Origin: Podarcis filfolensis
Lineage: Eukaryota
NCBI GenBank assembly: GCA_964270895.1
Contig: OZ185440.1
Length of the DNA stretch: 64,000 bases
Reading direction: 5' to 3' (one strand)
In this document: positions 12,966 to 64,000 of the stretch, piece after piece
Layout of the letters: the number at the start of each line of letters is the position of its first letter
How positions within the stretch are numbered: the stretch's first letter is position 1
The notes under the pieces: model-generated
Told to the model about the DNA's origin: nothing
Database searches by the model: none
Seen by the model: the letters and a program-made list of their open reading frames with translations, nothing else
Position numbers and translations under genes: made by a program

Positions 12966-15271
12966 CATGCCTGATGAACATAAGGACTCTACAAAAGAAG
13001 ATTAGCTTTTTTTTTCCTCCATAAAGCCACTGGGCTGGTTTTAGAGCCAAGTTGCAAATGGTGCTACTTCTATCCTAATGGGATCATTTTTCAGACCTTA
13101 AAACAATTTGACACTTTTGTATTTTTATCCTTTAAGCTGTTTGTGGTTATTGAGGTTTGAAATGCTGACTGTTCAGACAGGGGTTTTTCGCCAGTTTGAA
13201 GGCATCAAAACATGCACCTTTTCATGTATAGCATTAAATTACCTCTTTGAAATTTACCAGCACATTTAATCAACTCTGTTTAGGTGCAAAACACTGCACT
13301 AAGAATTCCCATAATTCCTCTTTTTGAAGAAATCCCTGTTTACTCTTTTGAACATTTTTGAAAACTTTAGATTCCCCCCCCCCTTTGATTTTGTAGTCTA
13401 GGTTTATTTATCTGAGCAATAACTTCTGTGTCTGGTTTCAGTGACTGGAATTCTATTTCTGAACAGCGTGTGGTGCTTTTAGCATTGGTTAATGTACAGA
13501 AAGCAAATGTTTAGGTTCTAGTGTCACTGATGGACTAGTGATGTAGGAGACAAGAAAGCTCTGTAAAGTAATGGCCACAGCTGTATTTTGGCTTTTTCTT
13601 CTTTTTTGGTAGCTTGTATCAAATGTTGCAGTTTATATTGTGGAATAAACCCTTGGTTATGTTACAAAATTCAATGCTGGTGTCTTCAAAGATGTTGCAT
13701 TGCAGCCGTTTCCCACCTTGATCACTTTTATGATGCATGTTTTCACATAATTATGTTTTTAAAAGCATCCATGCCATTGCATTTTGAGACGTCTTTCTTT
13801 CCTTAATCCCACAGAGCCTAGATCTGCCTTGTAAAAACCTACTTCTTCATTACCTGTGGCAAATAGGTGTAGAAACTTAACAAATCTGCTTCTTTTCTAA
13901 GACCACGAATGTGTAGGCAAGTGGGTTTTATGAGGTAGTAACTTTTGTAGATATGTTTTACAAAGGTCTCTCAGATGACATAAATGGTGGAAGGGCTCAG
14001 TGTAGAGTCCACGCTCTGCAGGCAAAACATCCCAGGTTCAGTCCTCAGCATCTCTAGACTTGTCACAGAATTCTGATGGAAATCAGTGTGGAAAATGCCG
14101 ATGTTCACTTATTTGTCCCATGCCTGGAACAGAAATCAATTCAGTGAATATGATTGGTATTTGCTCTTGTTTTGAGTTTGCCAGTGGTGCATGATTGATT
14201 GCGTCTTTCCCCATTTGTATTGAGTTCCCTGTGTATTGAAATGAATGACCATTGCATTGAAATGGTGTGTAATAACGTAGTAATAGCAATTAATGTAAAA
14301 CTCTGCCAAATTGGAAAGTGAGTCTAATAATGTAGTTTGTGTCAGAAGACAAACTGCAGCAGAATGGACATAAATGTCTTCTTCCATCCCTAGCATCTCC
14401 AGGTATGGGTGGGAGAGACCACTGCTTTAAACCCTGAGTGCCACTGCTAGTCAGTACCTGAGCTAGATGGACTAATGGTCTGATTCAATATGAGAGTCAG
14501 GATTCATCTGTGAGCTTTGTCAGTACAAGCCCTGCCCACGGCTATCTTCTGTATTGGACTGGTGTTCCTTTTTGTGTCAATTCCTCATGGTATATATTTG
14601 CTCACTTCTGACTTCGGTAAGTTTTTGGACAGCAGTCTTCACAACCAGATGCCATTCTTTCCCAATTCATGGGTGACGAGAATACAGTTTGGAACTCTTG
14701 ACCAGTGAGAAAAAGGACAGAAATATTCCTATCAGCTTTGATCTTCTTCTATCTCTATATAACTGCCACTACTAACATGTCCGACTGAGTTCAGAATCAA
14801 TGTTATGTTAGATGATAGCTCAGTCAGCAGAGAATGAGACTCTTGACATACATTTGGCCTAAAATGTAACTTGCTAGCAGAACGAAAAAACATTGGCTGG
14901 CTGTTATATTTTTTTTTAAATGCCAAAAAATGCCAATACATTTAAAGCATAAAACATATTTGTAACACAAAAATCAAAAACTGGAATTCTTATTTACAGG
15001 CTTCTTATTTCATTTTAACTTCTGGAATTAGTGGTGGGAATATGCTATGGGATTAGTTCTTAAGACTTGCGCTAAATCTGACAGCTAGTGAGTACAAGCA
15101 GTACAAATTATGGATGCTATAGTCCAGGTGTTTCTTCTGTCTACCTTCAGCCCTTGTAGTGGTTCCAGAATAGCAATGGAAACTGTGTTTTATAATAAAG
15201 TATTGTCCCAACTGCAATGGGTTGGCTGCACTTTCAGAATTCCCATTACTTGAGAACAAAGCATATTAAGA

Positions 15272-15403
15272 CAGCCTTCCCCAGCCTGGCACTTGCCAAA
15301 TGTTGGGACTGCAGTTCTCATAATCCTTTACCCATTGTCGTGATGGCTGGGGTTGAGGGCAGTTGGGAGTCTCAACATTTGGATCACCAGCCTGAGGAAG
15401 GCT
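15272..15403. mobile_element. Short non-autonomous DNA transposon (hAT-like MITE)
   Basis: Inverted ends CAGCCTTCC / GGAAGGCT; the same internal pattern recurs near 6270, 18660, 26917 and 55300. Confidence 0.6.
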
Positions 15404-15934
15404 AGCTGAGGGAAAGCCTTTCCTTGAAAGCCATGCCCGAAACAATCCTAATGCCACATTTATTTATTTATTTTAATAAATAAATAGCATATTGATCAAC
15501 ACTTGGGCGGAGGGGCAGAATGAAAAATATTTTGCTCCTTTATGAAGAAACCTGTTCCAGAACTGTGTAGAAAAAGATTGTGTGTGAGAGAAATACTGTC
15601 CTAGGTGTGTTCCTTTCCAAAATGCTGTGTTGCTTGGGTGGAAAATCAGTGGACACCTCTGCTAGCAGATTCTGAGGGAACGTGATTTTTGCAGACTAGC
15701 TCTTCCTGCTGTAGTCAACCTATGCCACCTCCCATGTTTTCAGAAGTGTCCCTCAACATTTGCTCTGATTTTGGGGAAATGCTTGTACCTGTGGGGGCAA
15801 GGAAGAAATGGTGAACAACCCCCTCTGTGATCATCCATTGGCTTAGCAGAAGCACCTGCTGAATCAGAAGTCCTCTTGTGAGCTTAAGAACACCAATGTG
15901 TATCTTTGAGTTGGCACAACTCATCCAAGTTATA

Positions 15935-16144
15935 CAGTGGTACCTCGGGTTACAGACGCTTCAGGTTACAGACTCCGCTAACCCAGAAATAGTACCTTGG
16001 GTTAAGAACTTTGCTTCAGGATGAGAACAGAAATCACATGGCTGCGGCTTGGCAGCAGCTGGAGACCCCATTAGCTAAAGTGATACCTCTAGGTTAAGAA
16101 CGGACCTCCAGAACGAATTAAGTTCTTAACCCAAGGTACCACTG
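15935..16144. mobile_element. Tc1/mariner-type MITE
   Basis: TIR CAGTGGTACCTCGGGTTA / TAACCCAAGGTACCACTG with TA flanks; an inverted copy of the same family lies at 25570-25791. Confidence 0.9.
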
Positions 16145-18929
16145 TACCATGAAAATACAAAGTAGCAGCATTAATAGAGTAGTAACAAAAGTTTTGTAGA
16201 CTGTTCAGCCCTTAGATTTTCAGAAATGTACCCTCTTCAGACCAATAAACATCTCATTTCAATCGACAATGTTACCTTGGAGCCAGTGCTGCCAGCCTTT
16301 CCCCTTATGAGAGATGCATGTTTAAAGGTAAAAACATTATTGGCCCATGACAGTGTTTTTATTTTGGGGAGAGGGGAGCACCTATTGTATGGGAGTGTGA
16401 GAAAGAGTGGCCAATATTACATTGTTTTGCCAGGTTCCTGCAAAGGCCCTCAGCTTCGAAAGCACTGCATTGTGGGAAGGAAACAAAAAACCAGACTTTA
16501 TCATATCACCACTGCACAGCCAGCATGAGATTGGGTTACATACAGTGGTCTGGTTGGTTCCCTGTACAATAGTGAGGTTATTACAGAGAGATTGCCATCA
16601 TTTTGACAGAGTCAGATCTAGAACACAAGGACGCTGGTATAAGAAAACACTGTGATCTTTCATATGGAAGCACTTAAATAGGGTTGTTTTGTCACCATGC
16701 CGGTCTATGCAAAGCAGTGTTTTCAAGCATTTACTCTAGAACACATGGGTGCTGATGTAACAAGCCAGTGCTGGAAACATTTAAATTGTCACCGTGTTGA
16801 TCTGTGCAAAGCGTTGTCCTCTCAGGCATTCTCTTTAGTGAAAGCCATTGCACAACAAAGCCAGTTAGGGAGCTTTGTCTTAAAATAGCAACAATGAAAT
16901 TGGGTTAGTACAAATAATGTATTGGTAATAGGCCAGAAATAATAATGTCTCTGTTCATCTGGATGTTTATAGGCTCTGTCATGCACTTCACTGGCATGAC
17001 ACATGTCTCACTACTGCCTGCTCATGAGATCTGAACTGGCATATTTAATTCTGGCTACAACCCAACTTTACCTCAGAATGTGCTAGTTCAAAAGAAAGAT
17101 GCCTATAGTCAGACCATGCTTGTGGTTTCATGCATCCATCTGCAGGACAAACAATGGGATATTTATAGGACATGTTGGATTTGTGAAAAATCCACACATT
17201 TTTGTCTGTGGTTTTTGCATGTTTAATTAAATGCATTTCAGCCACTCTCAGAAGAGCATTGCAAGCCCTTCAGCAGTTTGCTTCAGCATGCAATGGGGGG
17301 GGGTGGAGGAAAAATAACTTTGCTACGTATTGATGCTGCAGGACATTTGTTAAAGGTGCCACATAATACTTGTTCTGCACTTGTAATAAATCTGTCTTTT
17401 AGTGTGGCAGCACATACGTTGGAACTTCCTGTGAACGAGGTCAGGTAGTAGGCACTTTCACTGTAATCTTAACGGTGCCTGTTTGAAACATCTTTTGTTT
17501 AGGCAAGCCCTCCAGGCATGTAGAAGTTGCAAGTATTTTTTTTCTTTTCAGCTCTGATTAATAAAAGTCTCTCATCATCATCATTATTATATTTATATAT
17601 CAACTTCGATTTGAAATTACAAGGCAATGTACAAGAAAAAACACACAGTACAAAATAAATCAGCAGACAATAGACAAGGACAGACATAAAATTTATAAAT
17701 GCAACCAAATTCTGGTCAATTCTTAGGGCCTCTTGGTGCAGCCTTTGTATTTTGTATCCTCCATAGCACCCGTCCAATCCATATAAGGGAAGTCAGCTGT
17801 GGCAATGCAGTGTAGCCCTTCAGTTCTCCTGTTCTTCCAGGGCTATATGAGCAGTTGGCTTAAGAAAGCAGCCCTTATTGGGCTTTCAGCAATCTTCTCT
17901 CTCTTTACTGCCTCACCACTATTTGAAGTACAGCCAAGAGAATCATGCCAAGCTACAGCTCTGCTTGCTTTTAGCTCACAGTTCACTACTGAGAAGGATG
18001 GGTGAGTGGGAGGGCATTTTAATTCTGATGGTGGCAGTGAGGGGGAAAAATGCTTGGTTTTTTAGAGACACAATATTGTGTATGCACAGTGATGGCTGTT
18101 CATTAATAGCAATCATGCATGCTATCCAGCAGGGGCCCATGACATGTATACAACCATGTGCCATCTCAAATAATTTTTTTTTCTGGTCACCACCCACCTA
18201 ACATTTGATATCAGGGACACCCAGAGGAGCTCTGATTACCTTAATATCCAGACAGTGGGAGCTTGCAGTCCTTTCAGATGCCCCTTCAGTACATCTCCAC
18301 ATTTTACCACTGCTCAGCTGACTCTCCAGAGCTTTGCAATGGCCAGAACAAATCAGAATGAATGTAAAGAATGTAATTCTAAGCACACATGAGAGTAAGC
18401 CCATTTCAATCAGGGTTCCCTAACTGGTCAGAAATAAGTTCGTATAGTCCCTCGACAGTCAAGAAGCAAGGTCATTTCTCCTCCCTGTCTTTTGTCTTGT
18501 TATTTATTTTAAATTTTATTGATTAAATTTGTATACCACCCTTCATCTGACGATCACAGGGCCGTTTGCAACATACAAAATGAAAACAAAAAACACATCA
18601 TAATTATCCTCATTCTCATCAACAAACAAACCAATAACCAGTAGGGAGGAACATGTGATCTTCTTTGGACTCTTAACTCCCACCATTCCTAGCCAGCATA
18701 ACCAATGGTCAGGGGGTGAAGGAAGTTGTAGCCCAGCAAGGGCCAAACATTCCCCACCCCCTGCTTTAAGATGTAGGTGAACAGTCAATTTTTGTATTGT
18801 ATCTGCCCATCCCTGTTTCCAGCAAAAGCTACTGAGCTGGACCCCTAAGCCAGCCAAAAATGGATGGATCCCACCGTCCATTTTTTTATTTCAAAAGTTA
18901 GCCTGTTCAGTCAAGGCGGGCGAGTCTGA

Positions 18930-19367
18930 ATGGGGTCAAGACAGGACCATGGTAGCGGGGACATGCTGGAGACCTGCGAAAGGGGATCCATCTTCACCCT
19001 GGACAAAGTGGTGAAGCGAAACACCAACAAGGAGACCTGGCTGGTCATCAGTGGACGTGAGTACAACGTCACCCGCTTCCTCAGTGAGCATCCACGTGGA
19101 GAGGAGATTCTGCTTGAACAAGCTGGTAGAGATGCCATTGAGAACTTTGAAGATGTTGGCCACTCTTTGGATGCCCGAGAGATGCTTGACCAATGCCTTA
19201 TAGGAGAGTTTCATCCGTATGGCAGTAATCCTAATGCCTCCAAGGTTCCAAACAAGTCTTCCTCGAAAGAATGAAGTTTCTGGACAGTCTGGCTGATCCC
19301 TGTTTTGGGAGCCATACTCTTGGGATTGTTGTATCCCTACTACATGATGGATGGGAAATTCTCCTGA
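18930..19367 (+). pseudogene. CYB5B: Processed (intronless) cytochrome b5 type B retrocopy with an in-frame TGA (19272-19274) before the tail anchor
   Basis: ORF 18930-19274 encodes a b5 heme domain (WLVISGREYNVTRFLSEHPRGEEILLEQAGRDAIENFEDVGHSLDAREML). The same frame resumes after the TGA as SFWTVWLIPVLGAILLGLLYPYYMMDGKFS* (to 19367), resembling the CYB5B tail anchor. No introns; A-run at 19925-19936; degenerate flanking repeats AAAAGTTAGCCT (18893-18904) and AAAAGTTCTCAGCCT (19939-19953). Confidence 0.88.
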
Positions 19368-20230
19368 TTTGACCTTGCTGAACCTTTAGGACTGGAAACC
19401 ATGCCTTGCCACTGAAAATGGGGTTTTACTAAATTTGATGAACATAGATTTTGTCCTTCACTTGCATCAGCCAGTCCAGCAGCCCTGCTTTCTGCAAAGC
19501 TAAGCAGGAATTTGGTGGGGCTCACTGCTATCTTTCTTGTAACTGCAGAAACAGCAACTTCCTGCCATTCCATGGCATGGCATTTCTGTCACCATTGATC
19601 ATGAGTCACTTTTCATCCAGCAGCTTCTGGCTTGTCGTGATGGTGCCTCTGACCCATGCCAGCCTGTCCCATTAAGTACCAGCAGAATGAGATGGCATGC
19701 TGTCAACATTTCTCTTTAGCAGACCAGCAAGAGAAATGGCTCCACCAGCACAGCGCAGACTGGGAACAGCGGTACACCTGCCTCTTCTCGGGTGTTTTCC
19801 TTCAGCTTCTTTCCGTACATGGTTTTTTGAAACGGTTAAATGGGTACATTTTTCTTTCAGTCTTCTGCTTTACATAGTCTAACTTTTTAATCTGCCTGAT
19901 CTGTAAGAAAGGACTCCTCCAATTAAAAAAAAAAAAGTAAAAGTTCTCAGCCTAAGGATGCGATGCTTCCATCCGTGCTGCAGGGGGCGCTCTCCGAGAA
20001 CCGGTTCCGGCGGGATCCTCGCCGGCGCCGCTCTCCGCGCGAGAGCACGTCGTTGCGTGCGCGTTTGGCGCGCGGTGGCGGCAGCAGCCGCGGCCCTCAG
20101 CCCGCCTAGTGCCGCCTCACCCGCACCCGCTGCTGCCTTTCCTCCCGCCTCGCGCTTCCTCCCCGCCCCCCCCAGGCCCGCGGAGCTTCTCCCTCGCCTT
20201 TGCTGCTGCTCTCCTCAGGGGCGCGGCGGG

Positions 20231-51422
<31,192 letters not shown>

Positions 51423-54400
51423 ATCCTGAGCATTGTGAACATATCTGGAAAATATTTTTCTGGTTTATTTCACGTTTTGTGACTTGAAACATCTTCCATT
51501 ACTCACCAGATGTGATTATCTTTATTTTGAGGAACTGTTCCTTATCTTATCATGATGTAGGGTTAAGAGAAGGATTGTTGAAGGCAACAGGCAGATGTGC
51601 ATAGAATTTTGCACACTGGATTTGCACAACGGGAACACTATTCTTCAGATCAGCTTTTCAGGAGAAAATTTAAGTATTGTGCCCTAAAGCCAACTTTCTC
51701 TCCTCCACTGAAAAAGCACTTCACTGACTTTTCACAGCACAGCTTAATGAAATGAGGAAGACATCGCCATTCGTTCGGATGTGTATTGAAACTGGGAAGT
51801 TTTGTCCCACTTTGCACTTCTGTTACACAGGGTAAATTATCTTGATCTTACCATATGGCATCTTTTTACCGACACTTGAGTGGAAATGGAATCCACTTAC
51901 AGTACAAGAGCTTGGATAAAAACCTGAAAAAATAAAATTGTTTACCGTTCATATATAGAAGTAAACGACTCCTATGTGAGCTCCGTTATTCTCATGATTC
52001 TTTACTAAAGCTATCATGCACCCATTCTGAGCAGGCTTGCTAAAAACTCAGTTCCTGTGGTTACTGATGACTGGTTTTGCAACCAAACATTTTTATACAA
52101 ATCTTGATTGTATTTAACTTGTCTATTTACTCCATGAATACAGCTTTCATATACCTTTTGCTTCCTTCACATGCACAGATCACACAATATGGCTAAACTG
52201 TAGTCCACAAATTAGTATGTGTATTTTTATAGGGCCATAAAATTAACATTTACTGGCTAATCTGCAAGTACAGTGATGCATCTCACAACACCTCTTTGCC
52301 TTTTTCCTCCCTTTTTGGGAAAGAAATTAAAAATAAAACTGTTCAAACCTCCATTGTTATCATTCTTTTTAAAATATCCAGGTAACAAAGTTGCATCCTT
52401 TGGTAATCTCTTTAAAATTCACGTGTGAAAAGCATACCAGCCTTTAATTGCCACTTCATTGAACGAGGTATAGGCATCTTTAATTTGATGTATCGCACAG
52501 CTTGTTTCACTGGTTTTTATGTTAAAGGTTATATGAGTCTTCCAAAATTAAACCCAAATTTAATGATGTAATTTAATGATGTCATGATCTATCAACTTTA
52601 TAAAAATACAGTAGAGACAGTTCATGTGTGTATTACAACAGTTTGGATGAGATACTGTATGATGGAGGAGAGTGATGGCTGCCAGGTCTGAAAACTGGAT
52701 TTATAATACTTTATTCATGTTCAATGGATAAAATTTAATGAATCGTGAGAAGCTGGAGGTTTGGGGAGTGTTTCAGTTTAATAGCTGTCAGAGCTTTCAG
52801 CCCCAACTTGAGACTTCAACTGCGTAATTGCAGGACACTGCCAAGGAGGAAAAAGCAGTAGGGGTTCAGCAAGGGAAATAAGATCTCAAACGTGCTGGGG
52901 CCAAGCTTAGCTTTGCATGCTGAGTGTAAAAAAAAGAGACTGTTAATTGAGGGACCAACATTAACTGTAGTTCCACCCTCCCCGTAATTCAATTGGAATG
53001 TATGAGCACATTTGGACCAGGTTATTATTTATTCATCAATGAATTGCTGTTTGCATATGCCTTAAGGCAATTTACAAATATACCATAAAACCAGCTAAAA
53101 TAGTTTTCAGAACAGTACAAAAAACAATTGAAGGTAAGTTTATTTTGTATTTTTGTTAAATCTAATTGAGATACAGTATGTAGGATGCATGTCTCTCCAA
53201 CTCAAGTTGTTTCCTGACAGCATTTTTATACTCGAGCCTAATTTGCCAGTAAGAAGCAGACTCATTGAAGTTCTGTTCTTGCATTAGAGGCTGTTGCCTG
53301 AGTTACAAGAGTTTTACAAAATAATAAACTTTTTAAAAAATCTACAGAGCAACAGTGTCTAATTTTCTTTGTAGTATCAGAAGCTATAACTTCACTTTCT
53401 TATTATCAGTCCATACCAACTTAATCTATTACTGCACAACATGATTTTAAAAAAAAATGCTTACTGCATGAAGATTTTAAAAAATAACCTGTTTGCTATG
53501 GATCCACTTCCGGAAAATTGCGAAAATAGCAGTTAACCACATGTGTATCTTCAGGCAAATATTAGGCTAGGGCAAAGAAGCTGAAGTGAAAGCAATGGTC
53601 TGAACTATGAGTCATCTCTCTCATAGTGGCATATGAGAGGGTAGCATAAAACAATGCAATTTCTAGCACTCCACAAATTTAGGACCACTGTGCCAAGACA
53701 AAACATACAGATAGCTGACATTCTTGTGAAGTTAGCCATCTTAAATGTCTTCCTAATGAAAACCTATTTATATATGTTAAGTACAGTGAGGGGTATTCCT
53801 CCTACTTATTCCTGTAACAACCAACTAGGTGGCAAGACGGGGGATAGCTGAGAAAAAGATTTTTTTTAAAATAGTTTATAAACCATTTCTAAATTGAAGC
53901 TGAATTTAGACTATTTTATGGAAATGGTGTCAAATAGTGACGCCAGCTTCTTGAAGAGGGCAGTATCGAAAGCTACGACATTTGCAATTCTTTAAAAAAT
54001 AATCTTTGTTTTCATTGTCTTGCCAAAAATATTCCGTTGAACTGTAAAAAATAAATGCCTTAAGGCGTTTTTGTGCAAGTTGGGAAACTTGAAAAAAGAC
54101 TAGTTGGCTGAGAACAATCTTGTGACACAACCAACTTTAAAGACCACGGACGGGATTCAACTACCATGCCCTGCTAGCACAAGGATTTTTGCTTGTGCAA
54201 CAGGAATCTCCTCCCCAAAAATGTTCCAGAGTACATTTAGGGGGGCACACATGGGGTGGGGAGAGGAAGAAGAGGTTCCATTGTGCAAGATTTAGTGCTA
54301 TGTTTGGTTCTACCCCAAGTGTGAAACATCCACTTGAATGGTTTCCCTTCTGTTTCCTTTTCTAACGTATGTCTATAAAATGTGTTTTACATAGGAGAAC

Positions 54401-55942
54401 TGTAAAAATCACAACATCCTGTGTTTGAAGTACATAAAGCTAAAATGTAAACTCAGGAGTTAATAGCTCAGGATAGCATAAACTATTTAGGATATTAGAA
54501 ACAGCTTATGTCTCATACATTCATTGTCCCTTAAAAATCATCCTGTAATCTTAAACTATCTTTGCACACTAAAGGATGGACTTTGAGTACCTCATGTTTT
54601 TATTGCTCCTTAAAATGAATGCCTGCTATACATCTATGCCAGACTCCTTGATGAAGGAAAATGCAAGCAACTTTCCCCTTTTTATATGTATTTATCTTGC
54701 TGAGGAACTCTCAGAGCTTCATAAAAATTGAACAGAGGTTAGATCTGGTCAAATGCAATTTTAGAAACTGAGCTAAAGCTATCCATAAATATTGTTTGTG
54801 TCTTGATTCTGTGTAGATAAAATTTAATAAACACTATAAATGTTCAGTGTCTGCTTTATTCTACACACAAAAGCCTTCCTGTGCTACTATGCATCTATTT
54901 GCTTAAATGATGCAGGAACTCCTGCCTGCATTCAGATGACTAATCCTGGATATGTTCTGTATTTAGTTTTACAACAAGGCTTACCATTTGGTTAACTTTT
55001 CACTGTTGTCTGGCCAGCATCTGTACATGTGCATATTGCCTTATCAATCAGGTAAAGAACCATAACAACAAGCAATTTAGAGTGGAATTTTCTTCATGTT
55101 TACTCAGAAGTCCTGCACTGAATACGTATTACTCCCAACTAAGTACATAGGACTGCAGTCTTAGTTCCTGATGTTCTTTAGCCCTGGCAGGGATAAGTAT
55201 AATACAATCCAGGCTACATAAGGGCTCTCGGAAAAGATAACTGGAAGGATGTATTTATCCGATAGAGAATTTGCCATTAAATTGTTAAATACAAGGATGT
55301 GGTATCTTGCCCTCCAGATGTATCTCTCATCAACCTCAACCACAATGGCCAGTGATCCACTGCTGGAAAGCCATTAGTTCCTCAGCCCTGGTTTACCGGC
55401 TACTAGCTAGCTGATATTAGAGGGTGTGGCACTGGTGCCTAAAAATTACATCTATTTGTTGCCATACACCCACAATATTTGGCAAGCACTGCATTTCTAG
55501 CTATCATGTCCAGTTTGCAAGCTTTTTCCAGGGCATCTGCCTGCCCTTTTAAAAACCAGTCTGGGACGAACTATTGCTCTACTATTCTAATGCAGGGGAA
55601 ATGCTTGCCAATCTTGATCTTTCCTAGACTCAAAATTCCAATCTTGAGTGTGCTGCATCATCAAGATTTTGCCTAGTGTTAGCTAATGCTCTTGATAACA
55701 GTTCTACAAATAATACAACTTGATTAGGTGCGTGCTCTGATTCTGTGCATTCTAACGTGACAAGGCTGCAGGAGGCACACAGCCTCTAACGGCTCTTTAT
55801 CTTATCTCCTCTCTTCACAAGAACTTGATACCTGTTTCATGTGATTCTTTTGCCTTACTGGACATAGGGAAGCTTGATAAACACTAGTTAAATGCTATCC
55901 AGAGTCTTAGTGATAAATAAATAAATAAATTTTAAAAAACCG

Positions 55943-56107
55943 TCCAGTAGCACCTGGTCTGGGTATAAGCTTTCGTGTGCATGCAGAAGTGTGCATGCAC
56001 ATCAAAACTTATACTCAGAACAAACTTAGTTGGTCTCTAAGGTGCTACTGGACAATTTCTTAATTTATTTCGACTGCGTCAGACCAGCACGGCTACCTAC
56101 CTGAATC
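55943..56107. mobile_element. Penelope-like retroelement remnant with inverted arms
   Basis: CCAGTAGCACC..GGGTATAAGCTTTCGTGTGCATGCA opposes TGCATGCACATCAAAACTTATACTCAG..GGTGCTACTGG, typical of reptile Penelope termini. Confidence 0.7.
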
Positions 56108-56269
56108 TTACTGAGAAAATTCAAGTTAAGACTGGTTTTTCTGGATTTGCTTCTTAAGGGTTTAGCACCAGTGTGGAAAGCAGGCTTTCTCGGGGCTTAT
56201 AGAGCAGAGAAGGATTTTCTGTTTGCTAAAGATGATTAAATCCTGTTTTTTGTTTCTTAAAAGAACATT

Positions 56270-63994
<7,725 letters not shown>

Positions 63995-64000
63995 GTAAGA

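Noticed and set aside
53930-54130. Minus-strand exon-like segment with a good acceptor at 54042-54043, and a 39-codon open frame near 52420-52540
   Set aside because: No donor or linked exons, no recognisable protein; length is compatible with chance.

Overview
Vertebrate genomic DNA from a squamate, most likely a lacertid lizard (Sauria SINEs, a Squam3-type SINE, BovB and squamate CR1/L2/Rex1/Penelope repeats). Three co-oriented (+ strand) multi-exon genes were rebuilt exon by exon with consistent splice phases: the 3' part of KDM5B (11 exons, stop at 12965), the complete IPO9 (24 exons, 1036 aa, one U12-type AT-AC intron) and the 5' part of LZTR1 or an LZTR1-like gene (7 exons, running off the window). 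An intronless CYB5B retrocopy with an in-frame stop just before its tail anchor sits immediately upstream of the IPO9 CpG island. Introns contain SINEs, LINE fragments and Tc1/mariner and hAT MITEs. The most unusual structure is a composite retro-insertion in a KDM5B intron: U6 snRNA nt 1-70 joined head-to-head to a LINE 3' end inside one candidate target-site duplication, consistent with twin priming on a second, cellular RNA. No CRISPR array, intact transposase/RT gene or viral gene was found. Gene identities rest on recalled similarity to human proteins and repeat families on recalled consensus features; no searches were run.
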